Source: Heptranchias perlo (taxonomy: Eukaryota). Taken from it: a stretch of DNA of 64,000 nucleotides. The stretch covers positions 31,930,001-31,994,000 of the forward strand of contig NC_090352.1 of NCBI RefSeq assembly GCF_035084215.1. The letters are read 5' to 3'. Positions 53,516 through 64,000 of the stretch are shown here, piece by piece (position 1 is the stretch's first letter; every line of letters begins with the position of its first letter). The notes under the pieces were generated by a model, which was not told where the DNA came from, searched no databases, and was given only the letters and a program-made list of their open reading frames with translations. Made by a program: the position numbers and the translations under genes.

Positions 53516-55488
53516 ATTGCTCCCAGTGCCACGCGCAAGTCAGTATAGGATAGTAGGATAAGCCAGATTAATGAGTGGCTGGAGAAATGGTGCAGGAGTG
53601 AGGGCTTCAGATTCCTGGGGCATTGGGACCAGTTCTGGGGCAGGAGGGTTGCACCTCAACAGAGCTGGAACCAATGTCCTCACGGGGAGGTTAACTGGTG
53701 CTGTGGGGGAGGATTTAAACTAATTTGGCAGGGGGTGGGCATCAGGATGAAACATTAGAGAGGAGAAACAAGGTGCACAGAGGTCTGGGAGAGACAAATA
53801 GCAGTAGAGTAAAGAATAGTTCATAAATAGAAGGGATCAGACAGAGGGCAAAGGCAAGGCAGTCTAAGATGAGTTTGGAGTGCATGTGCGTAAATGCATG
53901 TAGCGTGGTAAATAAGGTTGGTGAGCTGCAGGCACAAGTCGCCACATGGGACTATGATATAGTGGCAATAACAGAGACCTGGCTCAAAGAATGGGAGGAT
54001 TGGAAACTTAACATTCCTGTCTACAAGGTATTCAGGAAAGGTAGGGAAGGAAAGAAAGGAGAGGGGTGGCAGTATTGATCAAAGAAACTATTATGGCACT
54101 GGAAAGGGATGATGTAGTTGAGGGGTCAAATACAGAATCTATTTGGTTAGAATTAAGGAAGAATTGAAGAGCTATTATGCTACTGCGTGTATAATACAGG
54201 CCACCAAATAGTGGGAAGGAGAGAGGAGCAAATTTGGAGGCAAATTACAGAAAGATGCAAGAACTATAGAGCAGTGATAATGGAGAGCTTCAATTATCCA
54301 AATATAGACAGGGATTTTAACAGTGTAAAGGGCAAAGAGGGAGAGGAATTCCTGAAATGTGAACAAGAAAACTTTCTTGATCAGTGTGTTTCCAGCCCAA
54401 CAACGAAGGAAGCAGTGCTGGATCTAGTTTTGGGGAATGAAGTGGGGCAAGTGGAGCATGTTTCAGTGAGGGAGCATTTGGGGAACAGTGATCATAATAT
54501 CATCAGGTTTAGAATAGTTATGGAAAAAGACAAGGAACAAGCATAAAAATGGAGGAGGGTTAATTTCAGTGAGTTAAAAAGGGATCTTGCACAGGTGGAT
54601 TGGAATCAGAAATTGTTAGGCAAAACAGTAATTGAACAATGGGAGGCCTTCAAGGAGGAGATGGTTCGGGTACAGAGTAGACACATTCCCACGAGGGGGA
54701 AAGGAAGGGCAACCAAAGCTAGAGCTCCCACGATGACGAAAGATATAAAGATTAAAATGAAACTGAAAAAGGAGGCATCTGATAAGTATAAGATTCATAA
54801 TATAGTAGAGAACCAAGCTGAATACAGAAAGTACAGAGGAGATCTAAAAAAAGGAATTAAGAGGGGCAAAGAGACAATTTGAGAATAGATTAGTGGCTAA
54901 CATAAAAGGGAATCCAAAAGTCTTGTATAAACATATAAATAAACGGGTAGTCAAAGGAAGGGTGAGGCTGATTAGGGACAAAAATGATCTTCTCGTGGAG
55001 GCAGAGGGTATGGCTGAGGTAATAAATGAATACTTCACATCAGTCTTCATTAGAGAAGAGGATGCTGCCAATGTAGTAGTAAAGGAGGAGGTAGTAGCGA
55101 TATTGGAGAGGATAAAAATAGATAAAGCGGCGGTACTTAAAAGGTTGACAGTACTTAAAGTAGAAAAGTCACACAGTCCAAATGCGATGTATCCTAGGTT
55201 ACTGAGGGGAGTAAGAGAGGAAATTGCGGAGGCTGTGGCCACAATCTTCCAATCCTCCTTACATATGGGAGTGGTGCCAGAGGAAGGGAGGATTGCAAAT
55301 GTTACACCCCTGTTCAAAAAAGGGGGGAAGGGTTAAACTCAGCAATTGCAGGCCAGTCAACCTAATGTTGGTGATGGGGAAACTTTTACAGCCAATAATC
55401 TGGGACAAAATTAATTGGCACTTGGAAAAGTATGGGCCAATAAATGAAAGTCAGCATGGATTCGTTAAAGGAAAATCAAGTTTGACTA

Positions 55489-55554
55489 GAATTATAGAAT
55501 CATAGAATGGTTACAGCACAGAAGGAGGCTATTCGGCTCATCGAGCCCCTGCCG
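55489..55554 (-). mobile_element. Nested antisense CR1 3' tip
   Basis: (ATCATAGA)-type tail interrupts the host RT; GACTA duplicated at 55484-55488/55555-55559. Confidence 0.8.
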
Positions 55555-56592
55555 GACTAACTTGATTGAGTTCTTTGATGAAGTAACAGGGAGGGTTGAT
55601 GAGGGTAGTGCGGTCGATGCGTATATGGACTTTCAAAGGCATTTGGTAAAGCACCACATAATAGACTTTTTAGCAAAATTAAAGCCCATGGGATTAAAGG
55701 GACAGTGGCAGCGTGGATACAAAATTGGCTAAGGGACAGAAAGCAGAGAGTAGCGGTGAACGGTTGGTCTTCAGAATGGAGGGAAGTATACAGTGGTGTT
55801 CCCCAGGGGTCAGTTTGAGGACCATTGCTCTTTTTGATACATATTAATAACCTGGACTTGGGTATACAGGGTATAATTTCAAAGTCTGCAGATGATATGA
55901 AACTTGAAAATGTAGTAAACAATGTGGAGTATAGCAACAGACTTCAAGAGCACATGGATAGATTGGTGAAATGGACAGACACATGGCAGATAAAATTTAA
56001 CGCAGAGAAGTGTGAAATGATGTATTTTGGTAGGAATAATGAGGAGAGGCAATATAAACTAAATGATACAATTTTAAAGGAAGTGCAGGAACATAGAGGC
56101 CTGGGGGTATATGTACACAAATCTTTGAAGGTGGCAGGACAAGTTAAAAAGGATGTTAAAAAAGCATACAGTATCCTTAGCTTTATTAATAGCGGCATAG
56201 AGTACAAAAGCAAGGAAGTTATGCTAAACCTTTATAAAACACTGGTTAGGCCTCAGCTGGAGCATTATGTTCAATTTTGGGCACCACACTTTAGGAAGGA
56301 TGTCAAGGCCTTGGAGAGGGTGCAGAAGAGATTTACTAGAATGATACCAAGGATGAGGGACTTCAGACTGGAGAAGTTGGGTTGTTCTTCTTAGAGCAGA
56401 AAAGGTTAAAAGGAGATTTGATAGAGGTGTTCAAAATCATGAACCGTTTTGATAGAGTGAATAAGGAAGAACTGTTTCCAGTGGCAGAAGGGTCAGTAAC
56501 CAGAGGACACAGATTTAGGATGATTGGCAAAAGAACCAGAGGTGACATGAGGAAGCATTTTTACGCAGCGAGATGTTATGATCTGGAATGCA

Positions 56593-56803
56593 ACAACAAC
56601 TTGCATTTATGTAATGCCTTTAACGTAGCAAAATGTCTCAAGGCGCTTCACAGGAGCGATTTTCAATCAAAATTTGACACCGAGCCACATAAGGAGATAT
56701 TAGGACAGGTGACCAAAAGCTTGGTCGAAGAGGTCGGCTTTAAGAGGGTCTTAAAAGAGGTTGAGAGGTGGAAAGGTTTAAGGAGGAAATTCTGGAGCTT
56801 AGG
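56593..56803 (-). mobile_element. Nested L2 3' tail
   Basis: Reverse complement of the tail at 16600-16740; interrupts CR1 TGGAATGCA|CTGCCTG. Confidence 0.82.
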
Positions 56804-57112
56804 GCACTGCCTGAAAGGGGAACAGATTCAATAGTAACTTTCAAAAGGGAATTGGATAAATACTTGAAGGGAAAAAAATTACAGGGCTATGGGGAAAGAG
56901 GTGGAGAGTGGGACTAATTGGATAGCTCTTTCAAAGAGCAGAGGCATGATGGGCTGAATGGCCTCCTTCTATGCTGTACCATATGCATTTTCTTTAACTT
57001 AAATGGCGATTTTTTTTTTGGTTGTTCTTATAATATACTTTTGAAAGGCGGTAGGCCATAGGTGGCTGGTGTTCTCGTGTGATAAAAAAATTAGACATAA
57101 CCCTCACTACAC

Positions 57113-57536
57113 GCGCTCCTGATCTTTGGCCGCCAGGTGAGGAGGGGGGGCGGGCAGGTCAGTGGACGTCCTCGTGGGCCTGCTGCTGGGCCTGTCCAAG
57201 GTGGCCATCCACAGGTCCAGGTTGGATGCGGCCCGTGGGGGGCAGTCGCTCAGACCGTCTGTCTCTCTTCCGTGGAATTCCCCGCGCCCCGGGTGGCCCT
57301 GGAGATGGAGCACGCGGTGTCTGCCGGAACGCTCGAGGCTTTCCGCTACCGGTGGGCACCGCAGGGGCTGGAGTGCATCCTGGACAAGGATAATAACATT
57401 TTAATTTGAACTTGTTTTGGTTTTTCTTTGGGTTTTTCACACATAAGCACACCCTAAACCCTCCCCCCACCCCCCCCCCCCCCCCCCGCCTTCTTATAAA
57501 AGGGGGACCTAAAATCACAGGAAAAGGGGAAAAAAA
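57113..57536 (+). mobile_element. 5'-truncated Tx1-like non-LTR retrotransposon
   Basis: Frameshifted ORF2 C-terminus (DVLVGLLLGLSKVAIHRSR..LEMEHAVSAGTLEAFRYRWAPQG..ILI*), 3'UTR, A-tail, TSD CCCTCACTACAC (57101-57112/57537-57548). Confidence 0.78.
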
Positions 57537-57558
57537 CCCTCACTACACAACATAAGGG

Positions 57559-57598
57559 TAAAGAATCTGACAACACCAAGTTATAGTCCAACAATTTT
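57559..57598 (-). mobile_element. 40-bp Penelope-like pLTR tip with 8-bp TSD
   Basis: ACAACACCAAGTTATAGTCCAACAATTTT matches the 27.47-kb arm; CATAAGGG at 57551-57558 and 57599-57606. Confidence 0.72.
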
Positions 57599-57609
57599 CA
57601 TAAGGGGGC

Positions 57610-57810
57610 ATATTTGGCACTGAGCATGCGCATTTCGAGGCGGGCTGCCCACAAAGCGGAGCGATGGAGAGGTCGAGTCGCGCACGCGCAGATGCGAGAT
57701 ATCGCCGGGTGACGTGGAGCGTGACTTTGGCCGGGATTCGCGGGGAGTCGTCGCCGTGGCAGCGGTTGCCGGAGCGAGAAAAGGGAGGTGGGGGTTTGTT
57801 GTTGGTTGTA
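57610..57810 (+). promoter_or_regulatory. IFT20: IFT20 CpG promoter/5'UTR with RFX X-box-like and NRF1 motifs
   Basis: GAGCATGCGCA (~57622); X-box-like GTCGCCGTGGCAGC (57750-57763) followed by GTTGCC half-site (57765). X-boxes are typical of ciliary gene promoters. Confidence 0.7.
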
Positions 57811-57937
57811 ATGGCAATGGAGGCGCTGGGGGAGGCCGGCCTGCACTTTGACGAACTCAACAAACTGAGGGTCTTGGATCCGGAAGTGGCACAAAATACA
57901 ACGGAGCTGAAAGAGGAGTGCAAGGAATTTGTAGAAA
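57811..57937 (+). CDS. IFT20: IFT20 coding exon 1
   Basis: [42 protein letters not shown]; 127 nt; donor A|GTAGGT. Confidence 0.96.
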
Positions 57938-57982
57938 GTAGGTACGAGGAGGGAGGTCACCATATGGCGGGGAGGAGGGACC

Positions 57983-58642
57983 GTTAGAAAGATAAAGACT
58001 TGTGTTTAATATAGCGACTTTCACGACGTCCCAAAGTGCTTTACAACCAATGAAGTACTTTTTGAAGTGTAGTCACTGTTGTAATGAAGGAGACTGGCAG
58101 CCAATCTGTGCACAGCAAGATCCCACACACTGCAATTAAACAGGTGTTGGGTTGAGGGATAAATATCGGCCAGAACACACCAGTGAACTATATGACATGA
58201 GATGAGATGTGTCTGTACGTTAAGAAACGTGAGGGGTTGTTCAAAAACGAGGGCGTCAGTAGGTCTGGGCTGTGTGGCAACTGAAGTAAAGTCAAGAATG
58301 GAAAAAGTCTATTTAGCCCAGTTAATAGTAGGGGCGGACTGACTCCCCGATATGGCACAAGATTCTTCTTGATTCTCATATGGGGAAACTGTTAGAAAGA
58401 CTAGTATTTAATATAGCAACTTTCATGACATCCCAAAGTGCTTTACAACCAATGACGTGTAGTCACTGTTGTAATGAAGGAAACTGGCAGACAATCTGTG
58501 CACAGCAAGATCCCACAAACAGCAATTAAATAGGTGTTGGTTGAGGGATAAATATTGGCCAGAACACCAGTGAACTATGTCATGAGATGTGTCTGTATGT
58601 TAAGAAATGTTGCTCAAAAATGAGGGCGTCAGTAGGTCTGGG
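57983..58642. repeat. Local duplication (57983-58269 / 58391-58642) containing a SINE fragment
   Basis: Shared SINE part and shared non-SINE flank (..GAGGGCGTCAGTAGGTCTGGG). Confidence 0.88.
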
Positions 58643-58889
58643 ATATCGAAGAATCTTGCGACCTTTCATGGAGTCTAATCCTGGGTCTACACCTGTGAGA
58701 ATAAGGTCCTGAGTCTCTGAGTTACTGAAACTCTATGTGAATCATCTGTAAAATTGTGTGGAGTCCTCTGAATCAAAAGTAAGGACTCCTCACTCAACTG
58801 AATGCAGCATCAGTTGCTGCGTGAAACTTGGAATGGAGATCGCACCCTCATCTTTATTATGTCAAACCTCAATCAGTAAGAGTGATAGT

Positions 58890-59500
58890 CCTTTAACGTA
58901 GTAAAACATCCCAAGGCAACACCCTAAGGTGCTTCATAGAAGTGTAATCAGACAAACATTGGCACTGAACCAAAGAAGGAGATATTAGGAGGGGTTACTA
59001 AAAGCTTGGTAAAAGAGGTAGGTTGTAAGGAGGGTCTTAAAGGAATACGAGAGTGGTGGAGAGGTTTATGACGGCAATTCGTGAGCTTAGGGGCCTAGAT
59101 GGCTGAAGGCATAGCCACCAGTGGTGGGTGGGGAATAGGATATGCATAAGAGGCCAGAGTTGGAGGAACGCAGAGTTCTTGGAGGGTTGTCAAATTTTGA
59201 AAGAGAATTCTGGAGTGGAAGGAAGCAGGATGCACAGTGGGCCTGGGTTGGAAGAGTGGAGTGTGTGAGCTGGGACATAGGGCTTGGGAAGGTTGCAGAG
59301 GTAGGGTCGGGTGGGGTGAGGCCATGGAGGGATTTGTAAATGAGGTTAAAGATTTTGAAATCAATACACTGAGAATAGGAAGCAATTGGTGAGTTGGGGC
59401 GATATACGAGCAGGACTTTGTATAGAATATGGGTGGTGGAATTTCAGATGAGTTGGAGTTTGTGTTGGATGCAGATTGGGAGGCTGACGAGGAGACCCTT
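58890..59500 (-). mobile_element. L2 3' end in IFT20 intron 1
   Basis: Reverse complement of the L2 tail (PRTLRSSNSGLL..GGYAFS). Confidence 0.8.
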
Positions 59501-59756
59501 CTGATTCAACCTCACCAAGGATGTTGATCCGGTTACTTTCATTTAATAAAAATGTTTCCAGCACTGATTCTCTCACCTTGACAAACTTACAAAAGCAAAC
59601 ATCTGCTTTTGTAACTATTGGACCAAGATAATGCTGTCCCTTGTAAAATAAACAGAATCGGGTCTCGATCTAAACTTGACATTTTTTTGCAGCATCCAAA
59701 AATTTCAAGTTTCTTGAATGGACTTCGAATAATGAGAGGAGTGATGCTGCAATAAA

Positions 59757-59843
59757 CATTTTCACATCGTTCACCTGACGAAGGAGGCTTGTGAATTTAA
59801 AATAAAATTGCTGGACTATAACTTGGTGTTGTAAAATTGTTTA
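59757..59843 (+). mobile_element. Second Penelope-like pLTR fragment, hammerhead core deleted
   Basis: Identical to 27563-27620 over ~57 nt; TTCACCTGACGAAGGAG precedes a 13-nt deletion; flanked by CAATAAA on both sides. Confidence 0.78.
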
Positions 59844-60297
59844 CAATAAAGATTGAACAGGTGCCAGACAATGCAAATATTCAGAGCTAACTTTTTATAA
59901 ACTACAATTGGATTAACTAGGAAAACAAACACACATGATAGGGGGTCTGTCAATCTGAGTTTGAAATACTGTTTGTGGTTTCTGGCACAATTGCAGAAAA
60001 ACTTACTGTGTAAACAATACATTTTAATTAATGATTAACAACACGAGGAACTGAAGGAAAGAATATAAAATGTACATCAGCAGAGTAGGCTTTCCATAAA
60101 ATGTTGGAAATGCTTGTCTGTAAATCTTCCCTTGCTTCCGGTGTTAGAATTAACTTGATCATAAAACTTTTATTTGCTACTTTAAACAGTGCTCTCCCTG
60201 TATTAGGAAAAAGACATTGTGTGAATTGGTAACCCAATGAGGTTTTCTGCACTATTTAATGTTAACACTAAGATCAACTGCACAAACTCAGGTTGAC

Positions 60298-60366
60298 ATC
60301 AAACCACATCCTTCCTGTGTTTCACTCCCATCTGTGACAGCAGTGAAATACAGGATGTGGTTTGAT
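60298..60366 (+). repeat. 25-bp-stem hairpin in IFT20 intron 1
   Basis: ATCAAACCACATCC[TTCC]TGTGTTTCACT / AGTGAAATACAGGATGTGGTTTGAT with a 15-nt loop. Confidence 0.88.
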
Positions 60367-61331
60367 TGTTTTGGCTGAATTCAAACCCAGTCTAGACAGG
60401 TAAGGTGAAAATCTGTTCACTCATTAGCAGATGATAGTCATCCCGAGGGAAACATTTCTGTGAGTCTCGCTTCATTTCCCAACAGAGTGTGAAAAACAAA
60501 CACCCCTTTGTAATCGTTGGGAATTCAGGCTGATGAGAATTTATAAACCATAAATCAAACTGGCAGGAATGCCACCAAAACCTTCCAGAAGCTGAATTAA
60601 AATTTTTCCAAGATGCCATACTGTTGATATTGTACTTTTTTTCCTGGTGTAACTCACAAGGAATTCTGTACCAAGGTATCAATTATTGGAGTGTATTTAA
60701 CAATACACCTTGTTCAAAGTCTTGGAATAGTTTCAGGTAAGAACCTCTAATTTTGCAGTTGTGCTGAAAAAGATGTATGGTGAATTGAATACTATTATAC
60801 TCAAGGTTTAGTGCAAGATTCATTTGGTATGTTGGTAAGTACGAGGCAAAATTTGAATTATGGAGTTCCATTGCACTGATTGAGACTGCATTAGATGGTA
60901 TTCTTGCAAGGGATTATTGTCATCTTTGATTCCAATTTAACAATTGATGCAACACCTCAGAAACCACTGGGTGTAGAACCAAGTCGTCATAAATTGCAGG
61001 TGCAGCAAAATTTGGACACAGCATAGCATCCAGAGATTTGGCCAGCCTAGCAGGGCCAATACGATGTAAAGGAACAATGGAGAAATGCAAGGGGTGGGAC
61101 TCTCAAGGGCAGTAGTGTTAGACTTGGATAATGGGTGTGTCATGGAGGGTGTCATGTTTAGGTGTACGTTTTAGACAATACCAAGAGAAGCCTTGTACAT
61201 GAAACAAAAGTTGAAATCTCACACATTCAGATCTTGCCAGTTGATGAACAATTCATATATTGGCTGTTGTAACCGATTATCTTGTGCGATTATAATGTGT
61301 AATTTGGCACAAATTTTTATATTTCTTTCAG

Positions 61332-61417
61332 AAATAGGCCAGTTCCAGAAAATTGTTGGTGGTTTAATTGAGATAGTCGATCAGCTTGCTAAAGAAGCTG
61401 AGAATGAAAAGATGAAG
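61332..61417 (+). CDS. IFT20: IFT20 coding exon 2
   Basis: (K)[28 protein letters not shown]; 86 nt; ttcag acceptor, GTAATG donor. Confidence 0.96.
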
Positions 61418-62054
61418 GTAATGTTCCTCTAGATACAATACTAAATTTTTGCATGTTGTGGTAAGTTATTTTAACAGTAAGAGAAATGGTGATGCTATCA
61501 ACTTCTTAAACATTTTTATTACTAATTCAAACTGTTAAGTTTCATCTTTATGAAACTTTGAACAGTCTGGCAGCAGGAATGACACCACATAGTAACTTGA
61601 TCCAGTGTAGCAATGTACAGGACTAGAAATGATCACTGTGGCTCATCTGGTCAGTCCCAGTATATTATACATTCCCCAAACAAAGCATGATGATGAAACT
61701 GGGACGAAGTGGTGCTTTTGAGATAACGTGGATTGTACTAATTACCCACAAAGGTTGATTACAAAATAGTTTGCATTGTGATAAATACCTGTAACAGGAG
61801 CAAAGTACTGTGATATCCATCTTGTTGCCTAAAGGTGTAAAATTATTCTAAATAACGAGTTATTGAATTGACCCACTTGTTTGCACCCAGACCACAATCG
61901 TAGAGAAGTCTCTGTGCTGTGTGGTTGGGGAGTAAGAATGCTGCCCATCATGGGGGAATCTAATGGAGCAAGAGAAAATAATTGGCTTGGGGGTGATGTG
62001 AAATATTATTGAAGATCTCATCGGGCCGTTGATTAATTATGTTGCCATCTACAG

Positions 62055-62158
62055 GCCATAGGTGCTAGAAATCTTCTGAAATCAGTTGCTAAGCAAAGAG
62101 AAGCCCAACAGCAGCAGCTCCAAGCTTTAATAGCTGAAAAGAAAATGCAGCTTGAAAG
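62055..62158 (+). CDS. IFT20: IFT20 coding exon 3 (last exon beyond window)
   Basis: [34 protein letters not shown](R); 104 nt; acag acceptor, GTTTGT donor. Confidence 0.96.
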
Positions 62159-62789
62159 GTTTGTCAAAATCTTGTTTCTTTTACTAAAAGAGAATTGAGC
62201 AATATTGCAGTGCCTTGCATTAAGCCACTGTAATGGTACCATTAAATGCAGCCACCTTTCTGCTGTTATGTCATTTTGGTATTAAATGTCCATCATGTAT
62301 TCCTATTTATTGTATATTTTGTAATGCTACTACTCCACTAAGGAGGTGAGTAGGCTAAACTGTTCTTTGTGGCTTAAACTATGCACAAATAATATGGAAC
62401 TGGGCCTACACAACTTGCATCAGTATAAGGTACTCCTGCACACCAGCATGGCCAAATAATGCAAATGTGCAAGGTGAATGGCAGGTTATATTAAAGAAAA
62501 ATCAAAATCTCCTTTACTTTAGAATTGCTACACCATTCCCTGACCAAAGGGATGGACGTTCCTTGCTGTGTCTCAAACTGATACCTCAGAAGTGCATGAC
62601 AGTAGGTTAGGTTCAGACTTCAACCTAATTTTTTTTTTGCTTCTGAATAGCTGTGGAGGGGTTACAGTAAATTAAGCCACTTTTCCTGGCTTCTCAAATT
62701 TAGAACTAAATACATTTACTTTTGATTTTAAAAAATCTAGTTTTTGCAACTATCTATAGATGTGGTATAAATGGACCCCAAAAAGTTTC

Positions 62790-63630
62790 AACAACTTGTG
62801 TTTATATAAGTGCCTTTAATGTAATGAAACGTCCCAAGGTGCTTAACAGGAGTGTAAATAGACAAAAATTGACACTGTGCCAAAGGAGATATTAGGACAG
62901 GTGACCAAACACTTGCTCAGAGGTAGGTTTTAAGGAGCATCTTAAAGGATGAGAGCTAGATGGAGACTTGGGGCCTAGACAGCTAAAGGCACGGCCGCCA
63001 ATGGTGGGGCAAAGGAATTGGGGGATGCACAAGAGGCCAGAGTTGGAGGAACATTGAGTTCTTGAAGGGTGGCCGGCCTCATCTTCCATTCTTCATAAAC
63101 TTGAGCTCATCCAAAACTCTGCTGCCCGTATCCTAACTCTCACCAAGGCTCATTCTCCCATCATCCCTGTGCTCGCTGATCTACATTGGCATTCAGTCCG
63201 GGAACACCTCAGTTTTAAAATTCTCATTGTTGTTTTCAAATCCCTCCATGGCCTCACTCCTCCCTATCTCTGTAATCTCCTCCAGCCCGAGATCTCTGCA
63301 CTCCTCCAATTTGTGTCTCTTGCGCATCCCTGATCCACCATTGGCCCTAATCTCTGGAATTCCCTCCCTAAACCCCCCTCTCCTCCTTTTAAGATGCCCC
63401 TTAAAACTTGCCTCTTTGATCAAGCTTTTGGTCATCTGTCCGAATAACTCCTTATGTGGCTCGGTGTCAATTTTTTTTTCCAATAACGCTCCTGTGAAGC
63501 ACCTTGGGACGTTTTACTACATTAAAGGTGCTACATAAATGCAAGTTTGTGGTGGTTGTAGGGCTAGAGGAGGCTACAGAGATAGGGAGGGGTGAAGCCA
63601 TGGAGAGATTTGTGCATGAGGATGAGAATG
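62790..63630. mobile_element. Minus-strand L2 (62790-63073, 63556-63630) with nested plus-strand L2 (~63074-63555)
   Basis: Both orientations of the same tail are visible; the outer element resumes after the inner tail. Confidence 0.8.
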
Positions 63631-64000
63631 ATGAAATTATCATGTGGCACTAGGCAATAATGTATAAGGAGGTGTGTATATAATATGGAATGCATCGGAA
63701 ACTGTTTAAGGAGAAGGGGAAGCTCGTCGGTAAATGCACACTCCCAAGTTCATTGTGCAGTTAGATTATGAGGCTATAGTTCTGATTTTTTTTTTAAAAA
63801 TGAAACCTTGTCGTCCTGCATTTTCCTTATCCTATTTTTCTGTGACTGAATGAAACAAGTTGACTGGCCATTTGTGGGGTAATTCTCAGCCAATTAGAAC
63901 TGTTATTTGTGTTTACCCACAATTAACATCTATTCTAGGTGTCAGGGCTGTGCAATAAACAAGTGGTGATGCAGTCGAGTCCCTCTGAGCAAAGTCCTTT

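Larger units (their letters stand above)
53516..56985 (+). mobile_element. Near full-length decayed CR1 (ORF1 esterase C-terminus + ORF2 APE/RT)
   Basis: INEWLEKWCRSEGFRFLGHWDQFWGR (ORF1); DIVAITETWL and GNSDHN (endonuclease); RT motifs; many stops and frameshifts. Confidence 0.95.

Noticed and set aside
53516-56985. Active autonomous LINE
   Set aside because: Multiple stops and frameshifts, nested insertions, catalytic FADD altered to SADD.
63935-64000. Possible IFT20 last exon after tctag
   Set aside because: Translation does not resemble YRVEYEAL; the last exon is presumed beyond the window.

Overview
Vertebrate genomic DNA, most likely a cartilaginous fish (shark/ray), inferred from its CR1, L2, Deu-domain SINE, Tx1 and Penelope-type repeat content. 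Three spliced genes are recognisable. SGSM2 has only its first coding exon here (minus strand, 18983-19057); I found no exon 2 in 1-18982. TNFAIP1 has its complete CDS (minus strand, six coding exons, 319 aa). IFT20 has its first three coding exons (plus strand), head-to-head with TNFAIP1. Most long ORFs in the track are retroelement fragments or come from a ~1.8 kb G-rich minisatellite. Most interesting: (1) a Penelope-type insertion with a perfect 77-bp inverted repeat, a 12-bp target-site duplication (TSD) and a minimal hammerhead ribozyme, plus relatives suggesting a shared target sequence; (2) a TNFAIP1/IFT20 bidirectional promoter split by stacked retroelements, with a ~180-bp direct repeat bracketing the TNFAIP1 CpG island; (3) a kB-like/G-run minisatellite abutting the SGSM2 promoter; (4) candidate alternative first coding exons of SGSM2; (5) isolated long hairpins. 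Gene and family assignments come from recalled sequences, not from database searches.
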